A DNA stretch of 64,000 bases. It comes from Nageia nagi (lineage: Eukaryota > Plantae > Pinophyta). Shown piece after piece: positions 26,069-37,959 of this stretch. The notes below the pieces were generated by a model. It had not been told where the DNA came from. It saw only the letters and a program-made list of their open reading frames with translations, and ran no database searches. The translations under genes and the position numbers were made by a program. The DNA lies in contig JBITNC010000002.1 of NCBI GenBank assembly GCA_050084985.1, positions 3,100,001 to 3,164,000 of the forward strand, read 5' to 3'. Within the stretch, counting starts at the first letter, position 1. Each line of letters opens with the position of its first letter.

Positions 26069-26485
26069 TGTTGAAGTACCTTACGCATTTCTGACCTGAC
26101 CTTGTGTGATTCTGATTTGCACATTTTTAACCTTACGTATTTCTGATCTTGCATGAGTCTGACCTGCATGTTTCTGACCTACACATTTTCACTCCTAAAA
26201 TGTGACTACATTTCACAGGAGGCTAGGTATTTTATCAGTATGCCCAGAATAGTCCATTAGCTTAGTTTGGCAATCTGTTCTGATCTGTTCCAGTTCGTAA
26301 GAGTTCTGTTTGACTGTCTAGAATAGGTTTGAACTACATTTAGAGCATATTTGATGATTTTGGATATGAGTATAATAAATGTTGAGTTTATCTACTCAAC
26401 TATCATATGTCTATATTGAGCTCAGTCCAAGCTCTATAAAAGCTTTATAAATTCATGAATCAAATATTGTGTGATTTTTCTCACA
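26069..26485 (+). repeat. 5' LTR of copia element
   Basis: TGTTGAAGTACC...TTTTTCTCACA; about 90% identical to the 3' LTR by manual comparison. Confidence 0.97.
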
Positions 26486-26581
26486 TTGTGGTATTAGAGC
26501 CTCTTGGTCTTTTGGGTTAGAAGAGATTACATTGCAAGCATTCTTGCAAGTGTACAGTCCAGTCCTGTCATTTTTTGAAAA

Positions 26582-27500
26582 ATGGCCAACAACAACAATT
26601 CACTCCCATTACCAGAGTTCCATGGAGATGACTATGAGTACTGGTCTATCAAAATGAAGACCTTGCTCATAAGAAAGGGATTATGGGACATTGTTGAGGA
26701 TGGATACACTGATCCAACCAATTGGTCTACTTTGGGAGATCAAGCCAACAAAGACATGAAGCAAAATCAAAGGAACAATTCCTTTGCTCTCTACCATCTT
26801 CAAGCTTCAATGGGGAATGCAATTTTTCCTAGGATTGCATCATGCACATCAGCAAAGAGTGCTTGGGAAGCACTCAAGCAAGGTTTCCAAGGGAATGCTC
26901 AAATCAAGCAAGTGAGACTCCAAACCTTGAAGAGGGATTTTGAAAATCTCAAAATGAGGGATGATGAGTTTGTTGGTGACTATTGTCTCTTATGTTGACA
27001 AGATGAAAACCCTTGGAGAAACAATCACCAATGAAGTAGTGGTGAAGAAGGTGCTTAGATCACTTCTCCCCAAGTGGTACCATGTAGCAATTATCATAGA
27101 GGAAAGCAAAGACTTGGTTGCACTTCCCTATGATACTCTCATTGGTTCCTTGATGAGTCATGAAGAGAGGCTCAAAGACCTCACTCCTTCAATTGATCAA
27201 GCTGATGACAAAGCCTTTGCAAGCAAGGAAGGTGAATCCAATTCTTCAAGAGGAGGAAGAAGAGAAAGAGGGAAAGCCAAAAGAGGGAGATTCCAAGGAA
27301 GAGGAAGAGGTAGAGGAAGGACAAGTGGTGACAAGAGTGAAAAACAATGTTACTACTGTAACAAGTTTGGTCATTTTGAGAGTGAGTGTAGATTGAAAGC
27401 CTCACAAGAAGGAAATAGTGGAGGTGCCCACTATAGAGAGGAAGAGAATTCCTCTCACTTGTTCATGTCCATGGAAATTCAAGATGAAAAGGTGAAATAA
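26582..27500 (+). pseudogene. gag: Copia gag (frameshift near 26990, premature TAA at 27498-27500)
   Basis: MANNNNSLPLPEFHGDDYEYWSIKMK, retrotransposon gag-like region, zinc knuckle CYYCNKFGHFESEC; split over two frames. Confidence 0.92.
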
Positions 27501-27509
27501 GAGACTTGG

Positions 27510-30500
27510 TTGCTAGATACGGGAGCATCAAACCATATGACCAGCAAGTGGGAGTTGTTTTCTTCTTTGAACAACTCATACAAGTCTAAGATCAGACTTG
27601 GAGATGACAATCCATTGCAAGTTGAAGGCATGGGAGCCATGGAGGTAAGCACCATTGAAGGTCCCAAGAAGGTAAAAGACATCTACTATACTCCAAATTT
27701 AAAACACAATTTGTTGAGTGTAGGCCAAATAATGGAGAGAAATTATAAGCTTGTATTTGAGAATTCAAAATGTAAGATTTATGATAAAAATCATGGTAAT
27801 AGGCTGGTCACTTCAGTCCCTATGACCAAAAATCGCTTATTTCCTCTCCAATTTGGTAAAAATAATGGTTCTTCAATTGCAAATGTAGTCATTGACAACA
27901 AGAGTTGGCTTTGGCATCTAAGATATGGTCATCTAAATTTTGTAAATTTGAGATTACTAACATCTCAAACTATGGTCTATGGGCTGCCCAAAGTTGAAGA
28001 TAATAAAAATGAAGTGTGCCAAGGATGTGCTTTTGGAAAGCACTCAAGAAGTAAATTTCCAAGAGGAGAAGCATGGAGGGCCTCTAAACTCCTACAATTG
28101 GTGCATAGTGATCTTTGTGGACCTATGCAAACTCTAAGTATGGGTAAAAATTCTTACTTACTCACTTTTATTGATGATTTCTCTAGATATTGTTGGATAT
28201 ATTTCTTAAAATCAAAAGATGAAGTCTTCAAGCACTTTCAAGATTTTAAGAACCATGTAGAGAATCAAAGTGAATGTAAAGTAAAATGCCTAAGAAGTGA
28301 TAATGGAGGAGAGTATTGCTCTAATGAATTTTTGAAGTTTTACAAGGATTGTGGAATAAAAAGGCAATTCACATCACCTTATACTCCACAACAAAATGGT
28401 GTTTCCGAAAGGAAAAACTGCACTATTGTAGAAATGGCAAGGTGCATGCTACAAACAAAAGAATTGAGCAATCAATATTGGGCTAAAGCATCAAGTACAG
28501 CGGTGTATATTCTCAATAGGAGTCCAACCTCAAGCTTGGAAGGTGTCACTCCTTATGAAGCATGGTTTTTGAAAAAACCCAATGTAAGGCATTTTAGAGT
28601 TTTTGGATGTTTAGCTTATGTACATGTACCAAATGAGCTTAGAAAAAAACTTGATGCAAAAAGTGAGTCATGTATTTTCATAGGCTATAGTGAGTCTTCA
28701 AAGGCTTATAAATTGTATAATCCAAAAATTAGAAAGATTATTGTCTCAAGAGATGTAATTTTTTATGAAGGGGGAGCATGGAGTCATAAAAAACTCTATG
28801 TAAATAATCCTCCTCATGATGTAAATGCCTCTAATATGCAGCCAAATCAGTCCAAGATCAACCCTCCTACAAGGCCTCCAAGTCCTCCAAAGGATTCAAG
28901 CACTTCTTCAAGCACACCATCTCCTTCACCATCTCCAATGGATGAAGACTCTCCAAATCTTGTGAGCAAAGGAAAAAGAATTCTTGCCAATCATCCACCA
29001 CAACAAATGTTAGACAAAAATTTCTCAAGAAGATACACTAGAAGTCAAGCAAATGAACTTCAAGATGTTGTTAGAAGACTTGAGAATTTAAAAATGTATG
29101 GTGATGAAGATGATCAAGCCCCTAAAGGTGATGTGATCAATTATGCTTTGATAACTAGTGTAGAGGTTGAACCTTCTAGTTATGAACAAGCATGTACTAA
29201 TGATGTTTGGGTGAAGGCCATGGAAGATGAAATCTCTTCCATAAAAAGGAATGATACTTGGGAGCTTGTGGAGCTTCCCAAAGGTAAGAAAATTGTTAAT
29301 TGTAAATGGGTCTACAAGACCAAATACAATAGCAATGGCACCATAGAGAGGCACAAAGCAAGGCTTGTGGCCAAAGGCTTTCTCCAAAGGTATGGCATTG
29401 ATTATGAAGAGACCTTTGCACCAGTAGCAAGGCAAGAAACCATTAGATTGGTTCTTTCACTAGCTATCCAAAAAGGTTGGAAAGTAATGCACATGGATGT
29501 AAAAAGTGCATTCTTGAATGGGTATTTGGATGAAGAGGTTTTTGTTGAACAACCTCAAGGCTTTGTAATCCAAGGAAAGGAACATCTTGTATATAATCTA
29601 AAGAAGGCCTTGTATGGCCTCAAACAAGCTCCAAGAGCTTGGTACTCAAGGATTGATGGGTTCTTCCATCAATATGGATTCACTAGGACCAAAAGTGAAC
29701 CTACTCTCTACACCATGAAGCAAGGTAATGATCTCCTACTTGTTTGCTTGTATGTTGATGATCTTATCTTTATGGGGAGTAACTTGAGCATGAATGATAA
29801 CTTTAAGAGTTCCATGATGAAAGAATTTGAAATGAAGGACCTTGGACTCATGCAATACTTCCTAGGCATGGAAGTACTCCAAAAAGATGATGAAAGCTTC
29901 ATTTGCCAATCCAAATATGCCCAAGACATGTTGAAGAAATTTGGTATGATTGATTGCAAATCAGTACCAACACCAATGGCTCATGGAGAGATACTTTGCA
30001 GAGATGATAGCACACCAAAGGCTAATGGGACCAATTTCAGAAGCATTGTGGGAAGCTTGATGTTTCTCACCAACACAAGACTGGATATTGCACATGTAGT
30101 CTCACTTGTTTCAAGGTTCATGAGTGATCCTTCAGAAGCTCATTTAAAAGCCACCAAGAGAATTCTTAGATATGTAAAAGGTACTACCAAATTTGGAATC
30201 TATTACTCAAAAATGGATATTATAAAGCTTGAAGGCTTTAGTGATAGTGATTGGGGTAGTAACATTGATGATAGGAAGTCTACATCAAGGAATTGTTTCA
30301 CTCTTGGGTCTGGTTTTGTAACATGGAGCTCTAAAAAACAAACTATAGTGGCTCTATCCTCTACTAAAGTTGAATACATAGCACTCACAAGTGCTAGTAC
30401 TCAAGCCTTGTGGCTTAGAAAAGTTCTAGAAGAACTTGGAGAAAAGCAAATTGGTCTTACTACATTGTATTGTGACAGCCAAAGTGCCATTCAATTGGCA

Positions 30501-30737
30501 CTTAATCCAGTCCACCATAGTAGATCCAAGCACTTTGACATGAAGTACCACTTCATCAGAGATATGGTGGAGAAAGGAGTAATTGAGCTCAAGTATTGCA
30601 ACACTTTGGACAACATTGCTGATTCTTTCACCAAAGGAGTTGCTAAAGCTCAATTTCTACTGCTGAGGAGCTTTCTAGTAAGTCCCCTCAGCATTAAGGG
30701 GGAGAATGTTGAAGTACCTTGCATGTTTTTGACCTAA
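27510..30737 (+). CDS. pol: Copia pol polyprotein (protease, GAG-pre-integrase, integrase, RT, RNase H), open for 1075 aa
   Basis: LDTGASNHM, LWHLRYGHLN, LVHSDLCGP, LRSDNGGEY, TPQQNGVSERKN, LYGLKQAPRAW, LYVDDL, FSDSDW and LYCDSQSAI in copia order (INT before RT). Confidence 0.96.
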   Translation: MLDTGASNHMTSKWELFSSLNNSYKSKIRLGDDNPLQVEGMGAMEVSTIEGPKKVKDIYYTPNLKHNLLSVGQIMERNYKLVFENSKCKIYDKNHGNRLVTSVPMTKNRLFPLQFGKNNGSSIANVVIDNKSWLWHLRYGHLNFVNLRLLTSQTMVYGLPKVEDNKNEVCQGCAFGKHSRSKFPRGEAWRASKLLQLVHSDLCGPMQTLSMGKNSYLLTFIDDFSRYCWIYFLKSKDEVFKHFQDFKNHVENQSECKVKCLRSDNGGEYCSNEFLKFYKDCGIKRQFTSPYTPQQNGVSERKNCTIVEMARCMLQTKELSNQYWAKASSTAVYILNRSPTSSLEGVTPYEAWFLKKPNVRHFRVFGCLAYVHVPNELRKKLDAKSESCIFIGYSESSKAYKLYNPKIRKIIVSRDVIFYEGGAWSHKKLYVNNPPHDVNASNMQPNQSKINPPTRPPSPPKDSSTSSSTPSPSPSPMDEDSPNLVSKGKRILANHPPQQMLDKNFSRRYTRSQANELQDVVRRLENLKMYGDEDDQAPKGDVINYALITSVEVEPSSYEQACTNDVWVKAMEDEISSIKRNDTWELVELPKGKKIVNCKWVYKTKYNSNGTIERHKARLVAKGFLQRYGIDYEETFAPVARQETIRLVLSLAIQKGWKVMHMDVKSAFLNGYLDEEVFVEQPQGFVIQGKEHLVYNLKKALYGLKQAPRAWYSRIDGFFHQYGFTRTKSEPTLYTMKQGNDLLLVCLYVDDLIFMGSNLSMNDNFKSSMMKEFEMKDLGLMQYFLGMEVLQKDDESFICQSKYAQDMLKKFGMIDCKSVPTPMAHGEILCRDDSTPKANGTNFRSIVGSLMFLTNTRLDIAHVVSLVSRFMSDPSEAHLKATKRILRYVKGTTKFGIYYSKMDIIKLEGFSDSDWGSNIDDRKSTSRNCFTLGSGFVTWSSKKQTIVALSSTKVEYIALTSASTQALWLRKVLEELGEKQIGLTTLYCDSQSAIQLALNPVHHSRSKHFDMKYHFIRDMVEKGVIELKYCNTLDNIADSFTKGVAKAQFLLLRSFLVSPLSIKGENVEVPCMFLT

Positions 30738-31123
30738 CCTTACGCGATTCTAATTTGCGCATTTCTAACCTTGTGTATTTCTGATCTTGCACGAGTCTAA
30801 CCTACACGTTTCTAACTTGTGCATTTTCACTCCTAAAATGTGACCACATTTCACGAGAGGCTAGGTGTTTTGTCATTATGCCCAGAATAGTCCAGTAGCT
30901 TAGTTTGGTGATCTGTTCTGATCTGTTCCAATTCGTAGGAGTTTTGTTTGACTATCTAGAATAGGTTTGAACTACATTTAGAGCATATTTGATGGTTTTG
31001 GATATGAGTATAATAAATGTTGAGTTTATCTACTCAACTATCATTTATCTATATTGAGCTCAGTCCAAGCTCTATAAAAGCTTTGTAAATTCATGAATTA
31101 AATATTGTGTGATTTTTCTCACA
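30707..31123 (+). repeat. 3' LTR of copia element
   Basis: Follows the PPT, ends TCTCACA, then TSD TAGAC. Confidence 0.97.
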
Positions 31124-31599
31124 TAGACTATATATTTAAAATATCAAAATAATCAAAATAATGGGTAGACTATTCCCCTACAAAATAAAAAAATAATATA
31201 AAATTGGGGCAATATTGTCGAGCCCGGGACCTTTCAAAAATAACCAAATCTGGATTTTTAACTTTGAATTTTAGCCATTTTGCTATGGATTCGCCATTAA
31301 CATTTTCCTTGTTTAAAACTACTCTTAAAAAGGGTGGTTTTAACCTATAATTTTAGGTAAAATTATTTAATTATGTTGGCATTTTTCAACTCCTAGGATG
31401 ATGATTTTAATCATTAAAATGGTGATTTTAGATTGTTGCCAAAGATATAAATGATAACATTTTGATAAGGCAATTTTAAACAATCATTATAGGTTCATGA
31501 CCTTTTACCGATTCTCATATAGTTGATAGTGTAAAAATCATTATTAAAGATCATTGAGGTTGGTTTTAAACCATCTTTAATATCCTTTTTGGTGTACTG

Positions 31600-33070
31600 T
31601 GATAACATCAACATACAAGCAAATGATGATAAAGTTAGATCCATCTACCTTATTCTACAATGTGCATTATGCTAAGCATATGATATCCATTTTGATGCAT
31701 GTAGATGTCAACTCTAGAGTGTTAAGCTCTAGGTGCTTGTTTAAGCTTATAAAGATATTTCTTCAATCTATACACCTCATGTTCATAACCTGCAACTACA
31801 AATCATTCTAGTTAATTCACATAAACTTCTTCAAAAATACCATTTGGGAAGGTTGATTTTACATCCATTTGATAGATGAAAAGACCAAAATAGGAGGCTA
31901 AAGCAAGTACATATATTACTATCTCTAATCTAGTAACTAGTACAAAAGTTTCTTCATAGTCCATTCCTTCACACTAAACAAAACCTTTTACCACTAAGCA
32001 AGCTTTATGTTTGGTAATATTGTCATCAAAATTATACTTTTACCTGTATAGCCATTTATCATCGATATGATTGTTGTTTGGAGGAGGGACAAGCATCCAA
32101 GTATTATTCTTCTCAATTTATTCCATCTCTTCTTCCATGCCCTTTATTCAATTCTCATTTTAAATGGCTTATGTAAAGTTGGAGGCTTTAATGAAGGAAG
32201 ATGATATCAAGGTATAATTGATAACATGATCACCTTACCTTGATTGTTGCCTTATTACTCTCCTTGTAAAATCCTCATCCAACATTTGAGATCATGGATG
32301 ATCCTTATTGATTATTTTCTTCTTAGATTTTCCTCTTGAAGGTGAATTCACTATAGGAGTTTTGGTCTATTGAGGTTGTAATAACTCAACAAGCTCATTA
32401 GAATTTAGATCATCAAACTCAAACTTGGTACCAACTTCATCATACTCCTTCATATATGATCCCCTTTCATTGAAGATCACATCTTGACTAATATAGAACT
32501 TGTTAACAATAGAATCATACTACCTATAGGGTTTTGATTCATTTGAGTATCCAATAAAGGTACACTTGATGAATTTAAATTTGATGGATTTATCATCCAA
32601 TTAATTCATATTATTGTTATAGATATGAACATAATTAGTAGAACCAAATATCCTCAAGTGCACAATGCTTGGTTTCTTATCAAACCAAGCTTTGTAGGTA
32701 GTATAATATTGTATTACTATTGTTGTGTAGTGATTCAAAATATAAATAATTGTATGAAAAAAGTCTTCTCATAGTTTTTGGGATATCTCCATTTATTTTA
32801 ATATGCAATTAACCTTCTCCACCACTATTTTGTTCTTTCTCCTAACCACTCCATTTTGTTGTGTGTATGTTGTTGTATATAGCCTTTTGATTCCATGTAT
32901 GATACAAAAGTTTTTGAATTCATTAGAAGTGAGTTCATCAACATGATCAATTATGAATCTCTTCATACTAAACCTAGATTATTTCTCAACCAATGCTTTG
33001 AATTTGACAAAGAAATTACTTGCAACAAATATAACTAACTCATTCTTGAATGCTCAATGATAAACATTAA
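31600..33070 (-). mobile_element. Heavily decayed Ty1/copia integrase-RT fragment
   Basis: Minus-strand TYTQQNGVVRRKNKIVVE (~32820-32870), KPSIVHLRIFGS, KCTFIGYSNESK and FYISQDVIFNE. Confidence 0.8.
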
Positions 33071-33544
33071 CATGTATATGCACTTAACAATACTTGGAGG
33101 TGAGAGATTGGAGGTGGTTTGGTGTGATAATTTGTAATTACCTCATTTTTGGGTTTTAGTGGTAGTTTTAAAATGCCTCCTTAAATCATAAAGAGATGGG
33201 TGAAAATACCCTAAACATAAACAAAAAATAATAAAAAAATCTCATGCAGGAACTTAGGTGGTCACTTGTAACATTTCAAGTTTTTTGGGAAGAATAATCG
33301 AGCAACTAGAGGACTTACCTTGTACCTTTTCAAGTCTAGGGGATTAGAGCACTTGGAGAGAGTCGATTCGAGTTGAGGTGATTGAGAAGAGCCGAGTCAA
33401 GGTGGTTGTAGAAGAGAGAGTCAAGCTGAGAGGGTTGAGTAGAGTCGAGATGAGAGGGTTTTGGAGAGAGAGTCGAGTCGAGGGGGTTGAGTAGAGACAA
33501 GTAGAGGTTGAGAGAACTCAGGAGGTATTCTTCTATAGATCTTG

Positions 33545-34900
33545 TCAAGAAATTACCATGATTCTAGAATAAAAATATCTATGTTCTTTTTCATAAAATC
33601 GATTTTGTATGTATCCTACAATCATTACATACCATGAAATTGTATTTGCATCATGCATCTTGTCAAACACTTCTTGGGCCTTATGTATTCTTCCACATTT
33701 TACATAAATATATATTAGTGCATTCAAAATCATAATATTTGATTTTCAAGCACCAAGTAGATACATCCATATACCCAATTTAATTTTTATGGGTATTTTT
33801 GCAATTAAGTTCAATTCTCCCTCATGATAGCTTGCATGACCAAGATAGTCAACAATGCATGTATAATGATTCATCCGAGGAATAATGCAATAAGATTACC
33901 TCATTTTGTAAGGGTTTATTCTACATTTTGCATGCATGTCTATTAGGGAATTCAAAACCACAACATTCAATTTACAAGCACCAAGTAGACACATCCACAC
34001 ACCCAATTCAAGTTTTATGGGTATTTTAGCAATGAAGTTCAAATCTCCCTCATGATAGCTCGCACGACCAAGAAGGTCAATAATGCATGTATAATGATTC
34101 ATCCCATAAATAATACAATAAGAGTCCCTCATGTTGTAATGGTTTATTATGCATTTTGCATACATGTCTAGTAGGGTATTCAAAACCACAACAATCAATT
34201 TACAAGCACCAAGTAGACACATCCATATACCCAATTCAAGTTTTATGGGTATTTGGGAAATGAATTTTAAAGATCCCTTAGGATAGTTTCCATGACTAAG
34301 AAGGTCAAAAATGCATGTATAATGATTCATCCTATTAATAATGCAATAAGAGTCCCTCATATTGTAAGGGTTTATACCACATTTTGCATACAAGTTTATC
34401 AGGGCATTCAAAACCATAACATTCAATTTACAAGTACCAAGTAGACACACCCACACACCCAAATTAGGTTTCATGGGTATTTTGGAAATAAAGTTCAACT
34501 CTCCCTTAATATATAATGCACAACCAAGAAGGTAGGGTCAACAATGTATGTATAATGATTCATCCCAAAGAATAATTCATAAGAGTCACTTATGCTATTA
34601 AAGTCTTTATAGCCCTCATCCATTAGACCTACATGGTTGTATGCAAGTAGAACACATACAAAGTTATGTTGTTAGGGTTGGTTCCCACGTACTTTATTAT
34701 ATCAAGGAGTTTGAAAGAATAACATAAGATGCAACTTATTTAGTACATATCCTACAATCATTGTAGTCAATGAAACTATGTTAAATCATGTTAGAGTCTT
34801 TTCAGAAATCCCATTTTGTGCATATCTTACAATCATTGCAGTCCATGAAACTATGTTTGCATCATGCATTTTTTCAATCAATTTTTGGTCCATATGTATT
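33545..34900 (-). pseudogene. Chimeric PLS-class PPR fragments with a 228-bp (76-codon) tandem repeat x4
   Basis: VLNALI(D/N)(M/L)YAKC, MNHYTCIIDLLGRA, GVWMCLLGACK, FDKMHDANTISW and PNNITFVCVLLAYNHVGLMDEG. Anchor CAAG(C/T)ACCAAGTAGA at 33747, 33975, 34203 and 34431. Confidence 0.9.
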
Positions 34901-35519
34901 TAAATTAATCCTTGCAACATTTAACATCTTGTTATATTGAATACATGTTATACTTCTATACTAATTTCTCAATGTTGATATGTGCTCGTAGTTAGAAATT
35001 ACTAGCTTGACAATATGCAAAGTGGCACTATTTTCAAAAAAGAAAAAAAACCAATTGATGATGTCATAATAAATAAGGAGCCAAAAATATATAAGTTTCA
35101 CACCAATATGTATTTGAAATTTAATAGTGTTTCTCAATAATGGTTGACCTGGCCATATTAGAATTGATTATGGTTTTGTTGGTGACTATGGTGTATTGTA
35201 GCAACTTCGAACACTAGATTCATGCGAAAATGTTTAGTGAATAAGTTAGTTGGAAAATATGCAAGTCATTAAAATATTACCAAATTTAATCGCAAGAGTG
35301 CTCTACATTTGTTTAAGAATTTTTTTTCTAATGAGGCTGAAGTTACATTGGTCAATGAGATTGATAGTGCTTTGGTTGAAGAAGATACATGAATTGCATA
35401 AGAAATTTACCCTTGATGTTGGTTACTAATAGTTATTGTTATACATTTCATAATGATGTTTTGATGGTGCCTAGTATATAGGTGTTGATACTAGGTCATC
35501 AAACAATTCAAACTCTCCA

Positions 35520-36430
35520 AAATGAAAAATGAGATATCCAACAAAATTATCAATAAATTTAAGCAACACAAATAAGGTGGAGATAAAAACCCACCTACAA
35601 GGAGAACCCATTAGAGAAATGCCATGACTTTTTCATCTCATTTGGGGATAATAGAAAAGAAGCTTATCACTATCACCTACAAAGATTGGAAAGCAGTCCT
35701 ACATGAACTTAAAAATGATTGTTGGACAATGGTTAAGGTAACTTAGTAGCTAATATATTTCATAATATTCATTTCAATTACTTATGCAAATGTTGCATCT
35801 AGTAATATATTTTTTGCTATAGAAAAAAATTATCATTTTGTACATAACAAAGAAATGAGTGATGATGACCATGTGAAAACTATGAAAAGATATTAAGCCT
35901 AAACATTTGACAAACTATTGTGATATGTATGATAATGACATAGATAAAATTGCTAATACCCTACCTTCTATACAAGTAGAACAATGGGAAGCCTTTATGA
36001 ATAATAGGAATAACATTGACTTTGAGGCAAGTAATGGCAATTCTATTATGGTAGTTCATATAATTGTTATGTGCATGTGAATTTTGCGAACCACCTTACT
36101 CTTCCTAATGAATTTATATATTATTTTGTTCATTGCATTGTAGGCATTAAGGAAAAGGAACAAACAAAATAGATCTTATCAATTTGTCATGCACATTATT
36201 AGTAAAAAAATATATGCTCAATTGGAGCACAAAATGGTATTCTATCATATTCATCCACTGTATGCGATAACATAACCATATTATTTTGTTGTATGACTAA
36301 TCCTCATGTCTCTCATCTATATATCTTGCAAAGGAAGAGCCAATTAAATGTAAACAGTCCACTACCAAGGACACGTGTATGGATGCTAGCTCATAATATA
36401 AAGGATGGGTATTTTGTCACTAGTTATGGT
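35520..36430 (+). pseudogene. CACTA TnpA-like (Ptta/En/Spm transposase family) intron-containing relic
   Basis: Exons read FSSHLGII...YKDWKAVLHELKNDCWTMVK|gt (35737), QWEAFMNNR, ALRKRNKQNRSYQFVMHIISKKIYAQLEHKM (36144-36236, ag/gt bounded) and RTRVWMLAHNIKDG. Confidence 0.8.
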
Positions 36431-37950
36431 AAACTGAGCTTGAGGTAAGTTTCCTCACCCCAAAAGGAAATATGAGCCTGTTAAGGCACTCAAATGATCT
36501 TGTGGTGAGCTCCAATTTGATCCCCTTAAGGCACTCAAATGAGCTTGAGGTGCGTTTCCTCATCCTAAAATGCAATGTGAGTCCCTTACCCCCAAATCAA
36601 TGGAGGGAAATAATGTAATTATGCCTATGATGTAGTTTACAAATGCTTATTTGTGATTTCAAACAATTTTGATGATACAATATAACACTTTGAATGAAAA
36701 CTCAAATCTCTTGGATCCTAGAGATTCAAGGATACCAAATTGATCTAAATTAACTTGTGACCATAAATCTATCAAATGAATGGATAAACAATGTAATTTA
36801 GTATGAAATTATGATGAGCTAAATAGGGTTCTCTCCTCAAATGTGCCCTAAGAGAGGGAAGTTTGGCTCCAAGCTTCGAAATTGGTCCAAAAAGTTCAAA
36901 AATGAACAAATATTCTAACAACTTGTTAGAAATGCAAAATATGATTTCAAAATTGCAAAAATATCTCCAAACTCTAACATCTAGCTATGATGAGTAAATG
37001 CAAAAATAACATAAGCAAATTCCTCTAGTATTCCAACGACTCAATCAGGGAGCAAAAATAGGAAATAAATAATGCAAATACCACTCCAGATCCAAGGTCC
37101 AAGAATAAAATAACATTCATATCAAAATGATAGCAAAGATGTAATTGTATTGATATAATAATGGCAGAAGCATAATTACAATATTCTTTTCTACCTAAGG
37201 AGCTTGTACCAAGACTACCTCCAATAGGATTATGTTAGATGGCTCCAGGGCCTCACCAATCATAGGAGTAGTAAGGTGCATTCCAGGTCTCCTTTGCAAT
37301 AACTATGATGGAACCAATAGCGTTCCTCTTAAGATGGCTAAAGTGATTTTTAAGTTAGCCTCCTCTCACATTAATACCTCAAATGTAGGCTTCCCTACAT
37401 GAGGTAAAGAAAGAGTTCTCACAATTAATCCGAAAAGGGGTTTTAACATCAATAATCAACATCCATCATAATGACCATGAGTCCTCCTTTTATAGGCAAG
37501 GGTGATCATGTTCTAATATTTCATTAAGAGGATCTAACAATGGACAGATCTAATCCATGTGCTCATATTTGCAAAGTCCAATATAGGGGAGCCTTGGTAT
37601 GAATGAAATCATATCTTGATCCAAAATGGATTTTCAGAGTCGTAAAAAAAGGTGATTTTTTAAGTTCTTATTTTTTTGAATTTATTATATAATATTGAAT
37701 AGCTCTCTTTCACGATTTCGATGCTTCAAATGATGAAGAAAACGGAGCTATGGTTTGCAAGTTATGGCTCTTCAAAGTTTGGAGTTAAATATAAAAAATG
37801 CAAAATATGCATGGAAGGCTCTATTAACGGACTCACTAGGAGTAGCTTGGATTGACTAAAAGATTCAAATTTGGATAATTGGTAACTTGTATTATGATGA
37901 ACATATGGTTAAAATTTGAAAATATTTAGATAAAATGCTTGAAATTTATG
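36430..37950. mobile_element. LTR-like retroelement-derived non-coding segment truncating the CACTA relic
   Basis: Short internal repeats (TTAAGGCACTCAAATGA x2, GAGCTTGAGGT x2), minus-strand CCTATAAAAGG (~37490), no coding signal. Identity is inferred. Confidence 0.35.
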
Positions 37951-37959
37951 GTGCTTATA

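Larger units (their letters stand above)
26069..31123 (+). mobile_element. Full-length Ty1/copia LTR retrotransposon (gag disrupted)
   Basis: 417-bp TG...CA LTRs at 26069-26485 and 30707-31123; 5-bp TSD TAGAC on both sides; PBS TGGTATTAGAGC (tRNA-iMet type, one mismatch) at 26489-26500; PPT AAGGGGGAGAA at 30696-30706. Confidence 0.98.
33081..36430 (+). mobile_element. Decayed CACTA (En/Spm) element carrying PPR fragments (Pack-CACTA-like)
   Basis: Possible degenerate TIR CACTTAACAA at 33081; purine-rich repeat tract 33355-33520 sharing ACAAGTAGAGGTT with the CACTA ends at 41781/44278; antisense PPR pieces; TnpA-like exons. Left boundary is weak. Confidence 0.6.

Noticed and set aside
33545-34900. 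Functional PPR gene
   Set aside because: Non-canonical motif order, stops and frameshifts, no N-terminal targeting region, and embedded in transposon sequence.
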